Source: Candidatus Latescibacterota bacterium
GTDB taxonomy: Bacteria; Latescibacterota; UBA2968; UBA8231
Assembly (NCBI GenBank): GCA_965204725.1
Contig: OZ242005.1
Coordinates: forward strand, 2,848,001-2,912,000
Direction: 5' to 3'
Length of the DNA stretch: 64,000 nucleotides
The position numbers and the translations under genes were made by a program. Numbering within the stretch: the first letter of the stretch is position 1; each line of letters opens with the position of its first letter. This document shows, piece after piece, positions 37,267-46,697 of this stretch. The notes beneath the pieces are model-generated. The model ran no database searches, was not told the origin of the DNA, and saw nothing but the letters and a program-made list of their open reading frames with translations.

Positions 37267-38679
37267 CTACGTTAGCTCGGCCGTCCAATACGCCTGCGGG
37301 TCTCGCGCGCTGTGGCCCACGCGCCGCACCAAGCCCCGAGCCGTCAATGCGTACAAATTCCTCAACACCACCGGACGCGAATAGCCAGTCAACGCCATCA
37401 ACTCGCCGGTCCGCAATCGGCCCGCCAGCGCGAGCTGTTCAAATAAATGGCGCGCTGCTTCGGGCATCCCTCGCAACTCATCCGGCTGGACTAGCGCACC
37501 GGCCAGCACTATCTCGACGCCGCCCGCCATCTGTCGGACCACCGGCCGCTGCCTCCCACTCGCTTCCATCACGGCCACCATGCGGCGCAACCCTTCTCCT
37601 AATTCCTGACCATAAGATAAGTCTGTCATTACCCGCGCAATGCGGGGATTGCGAGCAAACCGCCGCACCTTTAGCAAGTCGCCTAGGGGCGTTATTCCGG
37701 GAAATCGGCCCGGACTAGACACCTCAACCCTATCGTCGAACACCGCCAACCGGATGTGGTCGCCGAAGTTGCTGTACGCGCGATGAATGACTGCGTTCAC
37801 TAGCGCTTCCAGCCAAACCTCTTCTGGCACGATGCCAAACCAGCCAAAACGTCCATCCGGCCCCAAAGACTTGCGCTTGGGCACGGCCTCGCGCATGGCC
37901 TGACGCGCCGCGTCGATCTGCTGCGGCAACCGTCCCACGCAGCGGGTGTCGCTGATCAGGTTCTGCTCGCTGCCCGTGCGCCGCTCGCGCCCGGCGTATT
38001 TCAGGACCCGGACAAAGGCTTGAGGAAACGCCCTTTGCGGATCGGTCGCAAACAGCAATGCACCCGCCGTGTGCGTTTCCCCGTTGAGTCCGACCAAGTC
38101 GCGCGCCTGCAACAGCCGTTGCGGGTCTGGATGCTCCATCTGTTCGGCGTAGGCGGCTACGCTGTCTGAGTCGAGTACACAAGGCCCATAGGTGTTTGCG
38201 GGCGTGACTTCAAAACTGGTATCCCCGCGGTCGTACTGAAATTCAATGCGCTGTTCAAAGGACAACCGGCGGTTTTCATCGCCGGTGCGCAGGAAAACCT
38301 CGTCGCGGGTCGTGCTATGCACTTGACTGCTCGGAGGGATGGCCAGCAACAGCGCGTGGTCCGTCGCGCCCTGGGCATTGATGCACTGCAACAAGAGCGG
38401 CTCAAAGCGCACCGGCGGCAGCGTCAAATTAATCCCGGCCTGTCGCCACTCATTCTGCGCCTGTGGGCGGTCGTCAATTCCCTCACAAGTGCCGGCGCGA
38501 AAGCCGACGGCAATAACTCCCCCCTCGGCATTCGCCATCGCCACCAGTGTTTCAGCCAAGCTACGGGCTGAAATACGCGCACTTTTGCGGTCAAACCATT
38601 GCCCTTCCGGCTCGGCCAACAGCAGCTCAGTTACCGCATCCGGCGGCATGGCGACTAGATTCTCAATCGGCGGCAACAT
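37267..38679 (-). CDS. AlbA_2 (Schlafen-like) plus HATPase_c_4 plus wHTH protein
   Basis: EGQWFDRKS, AMANAEGG, EALVNAVIHRAY, RVEVSSPG, RNPRIA, LGEGL; C-terminal HTH. Confidence 0.85.
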   Translation of the reverse strand: MLPPIENLVAMPPDAVTELLLAEPEGQWFDRKSARISARSLAETLVAMANAEGGVIAVGFRAGTCEGIDDRPQAQNEWRQAGINLTLPPVRFEPLLLQCINAQGATDHALLLAIPPSSQVHSTTRDEVFLRTGDENRRLSFEQRIEFQYDRGDTSFEVTPANTYGPCVLDSDSVAAYAEQMEHPDPQRLLQARDLVGLNGETHTAGALLFATDPQRAFPQAFVRVLKYAGRERRTGSEQNLISDTRCVGRLPQQIDAARQAMREAVPKRKSLGPDGRFGWFGIVPEEVWLEALVNAVIHRAYSNFGDHIRLAVFDDRVEVSSPGRFPGITPLGDLLKVRRFARNPRIARVMTDLSYGQELGEGLRRMVAVMEASGRQRPVVRQMAGGVEIVLAGALVQPDELRGMPEAARHLFEQLALAGRLRTGELMALTGYSRPVVLRNLYALTARGLVRRVGHSARDPQAYWTAELT

Positions 38680-38711
38680 AATTTGGAGTCCACATAGCTT
38701 CTACTATATCA

Positions 38712-38732
38712 TACTATAAATAATTTATAGTA
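38712..38732. promoter_or_regulatory. AT-rich inverted repeat, putative operator upstream of the AlbA gene
   Basis: TACTATAAA-TAA-TTTATAGTA, about 33 bp upstream of 38679. Confidence 0.45.
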
Positions 38733-38748
38733 ACAGCGTAACAGCCCC

Positions 38749-39942
38749 TTATTTTTTGCCTTCCCCCGCCTTCAGCCCTCGGGCGATGTCTAAATTTTCG
38801 CGGAATCCTTGGTCCTCTGGGGCCAAGCGCACCGCGCTGGCAAACGCCGTTTGTGCGGCCGCAAAGTCTCGGCGCATCAGGTGCAGGTTGCCGAGGCTAT
38901 TGTACGCGTTGGCGTGCGTCGAATCCGCGGCGAGCGCTTGGGCAAAAAGCCGCTGGGCCGCGGCGAATCGCTCCTCGCGCAGGTAAATGTTGCCCAAGTT
39001 CACATAGGCGGCCGCAAAGGTCGAGTCGAGTTCGAGCGCACGGCGGTAGCGCGCCGCGGCCTTGGCGAATTGGCGACGCTGGCCGTAGAGTACGCCCAAG
39101 TCGTAGTGGCGGCGGGCGTCCCCGGCCTCGCTCAAGAGCGTAAACTCCAAGCTCTTGATCATCTTTTCCTCTTCTTCGAGACGCGCAAATCGCTCCAACA
39201 CCGCGCGGCCCTTTTCCCGCTCGCCCAAGCGCGTATAGACCTGCCCCAAATCGTAGTGGGGACGCGCCCAAAACGGGCGCAGCGCAACGGCCCGCAGCAA
39301 AAGAGCTTCGGCCTCCTCGTAGCGCCGCTCCTCCGCATACAGGGACCCCAAGCCCGCGTACGCGCCCGCTTGGGTCGTGTCCGCGCCAATCGCTTGGGCA
39401 AACGCCGCTTTCGCTGCTTCGCGCTCGCCGCGCTTGACTTCGACTTGGCCGAGATGATACCAGAGCTCATAATGAGTCGAATCCACCTGCAAGGCGCGCT
39501 CGTATAGAACGGCGGCCCCTTGGTATGCGCCCTGCCGGATGTGCAGCAGGCCCAAGGCATTGTACGCGGAAATGTGGCCGGGATCGCTTGCCAATGCCTT
39601 GCGGAGCGGCGCGTAGGCCGCCTCGTACTTTTTTTGCCGAATGTACACGCCGCCGAGTTGGTAGTGCGCGTCTGCGTAGTCGGGCTTGAGTGCTATGGCT
39701 TTTTGGTACGCGGCCTCGGCTTGGTCGAGGGCATCGGTTAAAAAATAGGCGTTGGCCAAGTTGTAGTAGATTTGGGGCGCGTCGGGCATCTGCACGGTCG
39801 CTTGCTGGTACGCGGCAATGGCTGCGTGGAAACGCCCGCGTTGGGCGTGTTCGAGCCCCTGATTGAAATACGTGCGCCCCGCCGCCGAGGGCGGCTCCGG
39901 CTCTTGGCAGCCGATGAGCAGAATCGCTAGAAGCCAGCGCAT
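38749..39942 (-). CDS. TPR lipoprotein
   Basis: MRWLLAILLIGC lipobox; about 9 TPRs; paralog of 30920..32122. Confidence 0.88.
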   Translation of the reverse strand: MRWLLAILLIGCQEPEPPSAAGRTYFNQGLEHAQRGRFHAAIAAYQQATVQMPDAPQIYYNLANAYFLTDALDQAEAAYQKAIALKPDYADAHYQLGGVYIRQKKYEAAYAPLRKALASDPGHISAYNALGLLHIRQGAYQGAAVLYERALQVDSTHYELWYHLGQVEVKRGEREAAKAAFAQAIGADTTQAGAYAGLGSLYAEERRYEEAEALLLRAVALRPFWARPHYDLGQVYTRLGEREKGRAVLERFARLEEEEKMIKSLEFTLLSEAGDARRHYDLGVLYGQRRQFAKAAARYRRALELDSTFAAAYVNLGNIYLREERFAAAQRLFAQALAADSTHANAYNSLGNLHLMRRDFAAAQTAFASAVRLAPEDQGFRENLDIARGLKAGEGKK

Positions 39943-39991
39943 AAAGGACGAGCTACCCCCTTACTACACGACACCATCCGCCAGCCTTTCA

Positions 39992-40074
39992 GGATCGAGG
40001 GCGGGACGCCCTTGATCCCGGCCACAGCGGGAACAACAGAAAATGCGGCCGCAAAGTAAGGGTCGCGTACTTAG
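39992..40074. repeat. REP/MITE-like intergenic repeat, copy A
   Basis: Hairpin GGATCGAGGGCGGGACGCCCTTGATCC followed by ...GTCGCGTACTTAG; reverse-complement match to 56443..56517. Confidence 0.7.
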
Positions 40075-40082
40075 GGCAACCC

Positions 40083-41675
40083 CTACCGCGGCTCCTTTGC
40101 GGTCAGCACTTGTCCGGCTAGCACCCCGTTGAGCCGCTGCACCTTGCCGCTGGGCCAGCGAATCACCACTTCGTCGGCTTGTGTGCTGGCCCCGAGGCCA
40201 AAAAAGACGCGCGGGTCGTGGCTCGACAGATAGCTGCCGCCGCGGCGCACTTCTCGCTCTTGTACGCGAGGCCCGGTGCGCACGCGGATGCGCGCACCGA
40301 CGCCATCGAGGTTGCTCTCCACGCCTACCGTGCGGACGGCCAAGTAGTTGCGCCGGCCGCCGAGGTCGTTGCGCAGGAGCGAGGGCCGCGCATTGACGTG
40401 GGCCACTGCAATATCGAGGTCGCCGTCGTTGTCGCAATCGCCCAAGGCCACCCCTCGGCTCGACTGCACACCCCCAAGCCCGGCCGCAACGCTGACCTCG
40501 GCAAACCCGGCCACCCCGTCGTTTCTGAACAACTGATTGGGCTGCGCGTACGTGGTCTCGGCGAAAAGCTCTACGTTGTCGTCAATGTGGCCATTGGCCA
40601 CGAAGAGGTCCTCGTCGCCGTCGAGATCCCAGTCGAAGAAAGCCGTGCCCCAAGCCAAGTACGCCAGCGAGGGCTTGCCCAATTTGGCGTCCGTCGTCCG
40701 GTCGCGGAAAAACCCCTCGCCTTCGTTTTGATACAAGGTATTGGTCTCCAAGTAAAAGTTCGTCACAAAAAAATCAAAGGCCCCGTCGTTGTCGTAGTCG
40801 CCTGCGGCCACGCCCATGCCGGCTTCGGATTGACCCTGCCTATTGTGGGAAACCCCGGCGATCAAGCCCACTTCCGTGAAAGGGCCGCCCTCGTTTTGAT
40901 AGAGCAAATTGGGCGTACCATCGCCCGCGATGAACAAGTCTAGGTCGCCGTCGAGATCCCAATCGGAAAAGACCGCGCCGAGCTCCCGCGCTCGCCCCGG
41001 AGCAAGACCCACTGCCGCGCCGACTTCGGCAAAGCGACCGCCGTCGTTGCGATAAAAAGCGTCCGCTTGGGGCGCGTAGGTCCACGGCGCACAATAGACC
41101 CGGACGCTGTCTTGGCGGAAACAAGCGCGGTCTGAGTCGGCGCGGAAGTCCAGATAATTGGCTACATACAGGTCTAAATCGCCGTCGAGATCCCAGTCGC
41201 CGAAGGCCGCGCCCGCGCCAAAGCCTTCATCGCCCACGCCGGCAGTCGCCGTGGCGTCGGCAAAGCGGCCGTCGCCGAGGTTCCGGTAGAGGATATTCGC
41301 GCCGTAGCAGGTAATGTACAGGTCTGAATCGCCATCGTTGTCGTAGTCAGCGGCCACCACGCCCATGCCGCACCCGGAATTTTTCACGCCGGCCGTTTGC
41401 GTCCGCTCGGCAAAACGGCCATTTCTCTCGTTGCGGTAGAGCGCGGCCGGGCCTGCTACATTAACCCAATACAGGTCGAGATAGCCATCGCCGTCATAGT
41501 CAAAAAAGGCGACGCCCGACCCCATAGTCTCGGGCAATTGCTTCTGTCCCCTAGCCCCGTTGCGGTGCTCGAATTCAATGCCAGCCGCCGCGGCCACATC
41601 CACGTATCGAGGTTGGGCGACCGCGGCCGCGCCCCACAGCGAGAGCAGCACAAAAACCGACTGCATTGCGATCAT
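40083..41675 (-). CDS. CRTAC1 family protein (FG-GAP plus ASPIC/UnbV)
   Basis: DYDGDGYLDL and DWDLDGDLDL repeats; SNLDGVGA...FGLG...RWPSG; start uncertain (41705/41675/41666). Confidence 0.9.
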   Translation of the reverse strand: MIAMQSVFVLLSLWGAAAVAQPRYVDVAAAAGIEFEHRNGARGQKQLPETMGSGVAFFDYDGDGYLDLYWVNVAGPAALYRNERNGRFAERTQTAGVKNSGCGMGVVAADYDNDGDSDLYITCYGANILYRNLGDGRFADATATAGVGDEGFGAGAAFGDWDLDGDLDLYVANYLDFRADSDRACFRQDSVRVYCAPWTYAPQADAFYRNDGGRFAEVGAAVGLAPGRARELGAVFSDWDLDGDLDLFIAGDGTPNLLYQNEGGPFTEVGLIAGVSHNRQGQSEAGMGVAAGDYDNDGAFDFFVTNFYLETNTLYQNEGEGFFRDRTTDAKLGKPSLAYLAWGTAFFDWDLDGDEDLFVANGHIDDNVELFAETTYAQPNQLFRNDGVAGFAEVSVAAGLGGVQSSRGVALGDCDNDGDLDIAVAHVNARPSLLRNDLGGRRNYLAVRTVGVESNLDGVGARIRVRTGPRVQEREVRRGGSYLSSHDPRVFFGLGASTQADEVVIRWPSGKVQRLNGVLAGQVLTAKEPR

Positions 41676-41767
41676 CGCCGCTCGGAGTTTTGCAATTGGG
41701 AGCACAGCCGCTATTTTTTATGCACGGACGAGCGCGGCCCGCCCGCGAATGCGAAAGGAGAAGTCTT

Positions 41768-42076
41768 ATGAACGAAGTTGAAACCAAAGTTCACGAACAC
41801 GACATCACCTTGACCCGCTTAGAGACGCTCATTGAGCAGAATGACCACCGCTTTGACGCTGTTGAGCGCCAGATCGAAAACTCAGAGAAAAACACCGCTG
41901 CTCGCTTTGACGCTGTTGAGCGCCAGATCGAAAACTCAGAGAAAAACACCGCTGCTCGCTTTGACGCCGTTGAACGCAAGATCGAAAGCCTAGACCGGCG
42001 CATGAATTGGTTTCTCGGCCTGTTGTTCACCAGTTGGCTATCGACCATCGGCGTGATTCTGTATAAGCTCCCGTAA
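41768..42076 (+). CDS. Small coiled-coil protein with C-terminal TM anchor (DUF1640-like)
   Basis: RBS AAGGAG, ATG 41768; RFDAVERQIENSEKNTAA repeats; hydrophobic tail. Confidence 0.75.
   Translation: MNEVETKVHEHDITLTRLETLIEQNDHRFDAVERQIENSEKNTAARFDAVERQIENSEKNTAARFDAVERKIESLDRRMNWFLGLLFTSWLSTIGVILYKLP
41849..41987 (+). repeat. 54-bp coding tandem repeat (about 2.6 copies)
   Basis: Units at 41849-41902 and 41903-41956 are identical; a third partial unit runs to 41987. Confidence 0.9.
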
Positions 42077-42110
42077 CGCCGTAACGCCCACCCCGCAGGC
42101 GTAGATCCCC

Positions 42111-42296
42111 GTGCTCGTCCTCAATTTCTCGCTGGTCACGTACACCTCGCTGGGGTACGGCGACATCGCGCCGTTGGGGCCGGCGCGGCTGTTGGCGGGT
42201 ATTGAGTCGCTGATTGGGTTGGGGCTGATTGCGTGGTCGGCGTCCTTTACGTATCTGGAAATGCAGCGTCATTGGTATGCAAACGACGGGGATTGA
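42111..42296 (+). pseudogene. C-terminal fragment of a potassium-channel family (Ion_trans_2) protein
   Basis: FSLVTYTSLGYGDIAP selectivity filter plus one TM helix; N-terminal TM and RBS missing. Confidence 0.65.
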
Positions 42297-42306
42297 AGCA
42301 CTCCCA

Positions 42307-43395
42307 TCACGCCCAGTCGTCAAACGGGTTCGCCGTGCTCGCCAGCGGCAGCTCAACCCGCGCTCCGGCCCGATGCGAGGCGTGGGCCATCATCGCCATT
42401 TCTAGATAGAGCCGCGCATTCTCCAGCGTTACCAACTCCCACTCTGGAGTACGACCTTCGATCTCGTCGATCATGGACCGCGCCATGCGGCGGTGGGCGT
42501 TGAGCCACTTGTGCTCGTCTGGCCGCGGCGACGAGGGCACGACCTCCCAGTGCGAGTCGCCGATCAGCCCGGGGTTGACCAGTGGGTGATAGAAAATGTC
42601 CGGTAGGTTGACCATCGGCCCGGGCAGCGACAGGGTCCCTTCCGTCCCGTGGATATCGATCCGGTAGGGGTTTTCTTTCCCGTCCCCTCGGTAGGACTCA
42701 AAATCGGCCGCCACTCCACCCGGGAACTCGTAGTACGCCTTGATCCCGTCGCCGGCCACCAAGCCCATCCCTTCAACGCCTTCCTGCAAATCGGCCGGCG
42801 TCGCGCTGCGCCCGCCCTGCGTCAGATGGGCATGACACCACAGCGGCGGCCCAAACAACTGATAGAGAAAGTCAAAGAAATGCGGATACAAGTCCAAAAA
42901 CAGTTGATCCCCACCGTGTGCGCCGCCCATCCCATAGATCCGGCACAGCCGCGGCGGGCCGATTTTTCCGGCCTTAATCGCTGGAATCGCCACCCGCTGG
43001 ATCGGCGGATGCCCTCGCCAAGGATGCGCCACCACCACCGTCACGCCGGCCTTGTCGCGCGCGGCGATCATCTGGTCAACTTGGGCGACCGAAGCCGCCA
43101 CCGGCTTTTCGAGGTACACATGCGCGCCGCGCTCCACGCAGTTGAGCACCAACGCCTTGTGATCGCCGATCTCCCGCGAGGCCACCACCGCAATATCCGG
43201 CTGCTCTGCCTCTAACATCTCCACGTAATCGGCGTATCCCTTGAGTGCTCCGGTCTTGGCGACAGCGGCTTGGCGTCCCGCCTCGTCGGGATCGGCCAGT
43301 GCCACAATCTCCGCTCCTTCTACCCCGACAAAGGCCATGTCGAGGTAGTGGCCGTAGTTGCCCCGGCCGGTGTGTCCAATGATGCCAACGCGCAT
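42307..43395 (-). CDS. Gfo/Idh/MocA family oxidoreductase
   Basis: VGIIGHTGRGNYGH, YLEKP. Confidence 0.88.
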   Translation of the reverse strand: MRVGIIGHTGRGNYGHYLDMAFVGVEGAEIVALADPDEAGRQAAVAKTGALKGYADYVEMLEAEQPDIAVVASREIGDHKALVLNCVERGAHVYLEKPVAASVAQVDQMIAARDKAGVTVVVAHPWRGHPPIQRVAIPAIKAGKIGPPRLCRIYGMGGAHGGDQLFLDLYPHFFDFLYQLFGPPLWCHAHLTQGGRSATPADLQEGVEGMGLVAGDGIKAYYEFPGGVAADFESYRGDGKENPYRIDIHGTEGTLSLPGPMVNLPDIFYHPLVNPGLIGDSHWEVVPSSPRPDEHKWLNAHRRMARSMIDEIEGRTPEWELVTLENARLYLEMAMMAHASHRAGARVELPLASTANPFDDWA

Positions 43396-43440
43396 GACTC
43401 GTCCTTTCTTTGGTTAAAGTTCACAGCGCAGGGCGTGGTA

Positions 43441-44442
43441 TTACAACTCCACGACCCGCCCCGTCTCCATAGATTCCTTCACCGCGTCCAACACCCGCAT
43501 CTGCGCGACGCTGTGCTCCGGCGCGATCCGATGCTCTCCGCCCCCAGCCAAGCAGTCGCACAGGTGCTGCAACTGCAATGCAAACTGAAAGCAGGGCGGG
43601 AATTCGACGACCTCCACCCCACTCGGGGTGCGATGCTCAATGGTGACGGCTCGATTCTCGTTGTTCCACGCTTGGTCTAGCCGCAGCATCCCGCGGTGCC
43701 CGGAAATTTCCGCGTACTGCGAGCTGAACGCATTAAAACCCACGGCGATTTGCGCGGTGCGGCCCCCCGAAAAGACGAGCGTAATGGACGCGGCATCGTC
43801 GGTCTCTAGCCCTCGCTGCTGGGCGGCAAACACCCGCTCCGGCTCCGCGCCAAACGCGAACCGCGCATGGTGGATATTGTAACAGGCCAAGTCGTAGATG
43901 CTGCCGCCGCCTTTGGCCCTGTTGAAGCGCCAATTCGCCTCGGGCGTGCGCTCGGTGAGCGGCCCCCCGGAACTGGTGCAAAACGTGCTCCGCACGCCGA
44001 CTAAGTCGCCGATTGCGTCCGCGTCAATCAGGGCCTTGGCCCGCAAGTGCATGGGGTGATGGCGAAACTTAAACGCTTCGGCCACGAGAACGCGGTTTTT
44101 CCGGCCGGCCGCGGCAAAGGCCGCTGCTTGGGCTGCGTCTTGGGTGAAGGGCTTTTCGCAGAGCACGGCTTTGACTCGCCCCGAATTGCAGATATGAATC
44201 CCGGTCTCCGCGTGAAAGGCACCCCAAGTGCAGATGATGGCAATGTCTAGCTCGGCCTCGCGGAGCATGGCGTCGAGGTCGGTGTAGCGCGCTGTAATGC
44301 CAAACTCCTCGCCGTAGCGCGCCAACTGCGCTGCGGACACGTCGCAGACGGCCACGAGTTCGGCCGCGGCGATTTGTTGGCAGGCCCGGCCGTGAGCGCG
44401 GGCGATGCCGCCCGTTCCCACGAGGCCGACGCGATAGGACAT
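43441..44442 (-). CDS. Gfo/Idh/MocA family oxidoreductase
   Basis: VGLVGTGGIA, LCEKP, EAFKFRHHP, GGGSIYDLACY. Confidence 0.9.
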   Translation of the reverse strand: MSYRVGLVGTGGIARAHGRACQQIAAAELVAVCDVSAAQLARYGEEFGITARYTDLDAMLREAELDIAIICTWGAFHAETGIHICNSGRVKAVLCEKPFTQDAAQAAAFAAAGRKNRVLVAEAFKFRHHPMHLRAKALIDADAIGDLVGVRSTFCTSSGGPLTERTPEANWRFNRAKGGGSIYDLACYNIHHARFAFGAEPERVFAAQQRGLETDDAASITLVFSGGRTAQIAVGFNAFSSQYAEISGHRGMLRLDQAWNNENRAVTIEHRTPSGVEVVEFPPCFQFALQLQHLCDCLAGGGEHRIAPEHSVAQMRVLDAVKESMETGRVVEL

Positions 44443-44444
44443 GG

Positions 44445-44912
44445 TTATACCTGTGGGCTTAGGTCTTTGGGTTCAAAAAGCCGCGGCCGCAAGTAGATGG
44501 GTGCTCCGAGGCGCGTGACCAGCACCATGCCGTCGCTGGGCCGGCAATCGAGCACCCACTCGCCGGCCGCGGTTTCAATGTACAAGTTGGCGTGAAAGGT
44601 GTTGTCCTCGATGCTGTGGACGACGAGGTGCATTACCTCGCCTTGCAGCTTCTCCAGCATCGCTTCCAACAGATCGTACGCGAGCGGGCGCGGGAAATCC
44701 TCGTCCTGCATGGCCCCGACTAAGGCCCGCGCCTCGCAGTGGCCGATGATGATGGGTAGCGGCGGCACATCGTCCCCTTTGAGCACGACAGCGACCCCAT
44801 CGGAGCCGAAGTCGCGCACATCGACAATGCGGGCGGGGATGAGGTCAGCAGGGGGTTCTCGGCCACAGGCTGCCAGCGCAAGGGCCGCCAAGGCCACGAG
44901 GAGCTGTTTCAT
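44445..44912 (-). CDS. Bifunctional nuclease (DUF151) family protein with lipoprotein signal
   Basis: ATG 44912 MKQLLVALAALALAAC; LPIIIG..EA, RPLAYDLL, DCRPSD motifs. Confidence 0.8.
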   Translation of the reverse strand: MKQLLVALAALALAACGREPPADLIPARIVDVRDFGSDGVAVVLKGDDVPPLPIIIGHCEARALVGAMQDEDFPRPLAYDLLEAMLEKLQGEVMHLVVHSIEDNTFHANLYIETAAGEWVLDCRPSDGMVLVTRLGAPIYLRPRLFEPKDLSPQV

Positions 44913-45142
44913 TATATCGCTCCTGTTTCGGTTTGAGTCTTTTGCACACGGCCCAATTATAGGGGCTGTGGGCACGGCCTGCAAAAGTGAACGGGCCGCG
45001 GATAGAATACACTCAATAGCAGGATCGTTTGCGGCCTATCGAATGGAGGCATTTTACGGCCGTTCGCTCGGCAGCGGGAGTTTAATTACTAATTTAGTGC
45101 TAATTAGTAGTTTGTTAGTATTAACCCCCCAATGCACCGAAA

Positions 45143-45346
45143 CGTTCGTTTTTGTACACCGAGACGGATGACAACGACTTGACCTACTTTTGGCTTGCCC
45201 AGACCGAGGTGATCGCTCGATCTATATGCGAGCTGCGCCGCTATATCGAGCGAAAAGCGGCTCAACTGCGCCATGTACTCCAGCGCACCCTCGTCGAATC
45301 TCGCAGGTCGGGCGGCCCGGAAAAACTGACCAGTCAGTTTTATTGA
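45143..45346 (+). pseudogene. C-terminal remnant of a Fic family protein
   Basis: RSFLYTETDDNDLTYF resembles the post-catalytic Fic helix; no HPF..GNGR motif and no in-frame start. Confidence 0.5.
45322..45341. promoter_or_regulatory. Perfect palindromic operator (TetR/AcrR type)
   Basis: AAAACTGAC-CA-GTCAGTTTT, abutting the -35 box. Confidence 0.75.
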
Positions 45347-45371
45347 CAAAGATCGACGCCTCGTCTATACT
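45343..45371 (+). promoter_or_regulatory. Sigma70 promoter of the RND operon
   Basis: TTGACA-17 bp-TATACT. Confidence 0.75.
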
Positions 45372-45437
45372 CTCTCGACGACACGCCAAAGAAAGGAATC
45401 CCGTGGACAACACACACACCATTAGGGCCTGCTCCAG

Positions 45438-46697
45438 ATGACGGCTCGCCAATACGCGCTGTCCATCGGCAGCGTCTTGCTCTTTGCGCTAGGCTGCGGC
45501 GAGGAGCAAGCAGCACAAGGCCCCGGGCGCGGCGGCTGGGGTGGGCGCGAAGCGGCGGCCATTCCGGTCAAGGGCGAACAGGTCACGCGCGGCGACATGA
45601 ACGCTTACATCGAGACGTACTCCCGCCTCGAAGCTGAGCGCCGAGTCAGCGTCTTGGCGCGCACGACCGGCCTCGTTGAGGAGCTAGCGGCCGAAGAGGG
45701 CGACTCGGTGCGCCAAGGCCAAGTCATGGTCCGCCTCAACAAGGACGAACTGAGCCTGAACAAGCGCCAAGCCGAAGAGGCTTTTGCCGACGCGAGCGCC
45801 AACTACAACCGCATCAAGGCACTGCACGAGCGCGGCATGGTCAGCCAGTCCGAGTACGAGACAGCCCGCCTCCGCTTGGACAACGCCAAGTTGGCCCTCG
45901 AAGAAGCCCAGCTCAATCTCGCGTATGCAGACATTACCGCGCCGATTGCCGGCATTGTCACCGAGCGGTTGGTCGAATTGGGCGATCTAGTTCGCGGCAA
46001 TCAAGAGGTCTTTGTCGTCGCCGACCTCAGTCCGCTGCTGGTGAAAATTTTCGCGCCCGAGCAGCGCATGTACCAGCTACACCCCGGCCAAGAGGCGACC
46101 ATCGCCGTTGAGGCCCTGCCCGACACGAGCTTCCGCGCCCGCATCCGCATGATGAGTCCAGAGGTCGATCCCGCCAGCGGCACCGTCAAGGTCACCCTAG
46201 AAGTCGCCAGCGGCGGCATCCTCAAGCCGGGGATGTTCGCTACCGTCCGCATTATTACCGCACGGCGGCCCCAGACCTTGATCATCCCCAAGAAGGCACT
46301 AGTCCTCGAAACCGACGAGGACGACGTCTTCCTCATTGAGGACGGCAAGGTGCGCCGGGTCGCGGTCGAGTTGGGTTTTGTCGAGGGCGATCAAGTCGAG
46401 ATCGTCGCCGGCCTCAGCGAAGGCGACCAAGTCGTGACCATTGGCCACGAGGGGCTCAAGGACGGTGCGGCCGTGCGGCTAGCCGGCGAGGGCCTAACGG
46501 CGCCGGCCGCATCGGCGGCCCCAAGTCCCGGCGCTCGGGGCGGCTGGCAGGGCCTGCCCGACAGCTTGCGCCAAGTCATAGCCGAGTACCGCCGCGCGGG
46601 CAAGCCCCTGCCCGACAGCTTGCGCCAACGCTTGCGCGCCCTGCGCGAGCAAGGCGGCGGGGGGCCACCGCGGCGCGGGCAAGGTAGGGGCGAGTGA
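45438..46697 (+). CDS. RND efflux periplasmic adaptor (MFP) lipoprotein
   Basis: ALGC lipobox; ITAPIAGIV, VDPASGT, LKPGMF, GLSEGDQVV. Confidence 0.9.
   Translation: MTARQYALSIGSVLLFALGCGEEQAAQGPGRGGWGGREAAAIPVKGEQVTRGDMNAYIETYSRLEAERRVSVLARTTGLVEELAAEEGDSVRQGQVMVRLNKDELSLNKRQAEEAFADASANYNRIKALHERGMVSQSEYETARLRLDNAKLALEEAQLNLAYADITAPIAGIVTERLVELGDLVRGNQEVFVVADLSPLLVKIFAPEQRMYQLHPGQEATIAVEALPDTSFRARIRMMSPEVDPASGTVKVTLEVASGGILKPGMFATVRIITARRPQTLIIPKKALVLETDEDDVFLIEDGKVRRVAVELGFVEGDQVEIVAGLSEGDQVVTIGHEGLKDGAAVRLAGEGLTAPAASAAPSPGARGGWQGLPDSLRQVIAEYRRAGKPLPDSLRQRLRALREQGGGGPPRRGQGRGE

Noticed and set aside
41849-41987. Possible CRISPR array
   Set aside because: Head-to-tail coding repeat without spacers; no cas genes in the window.
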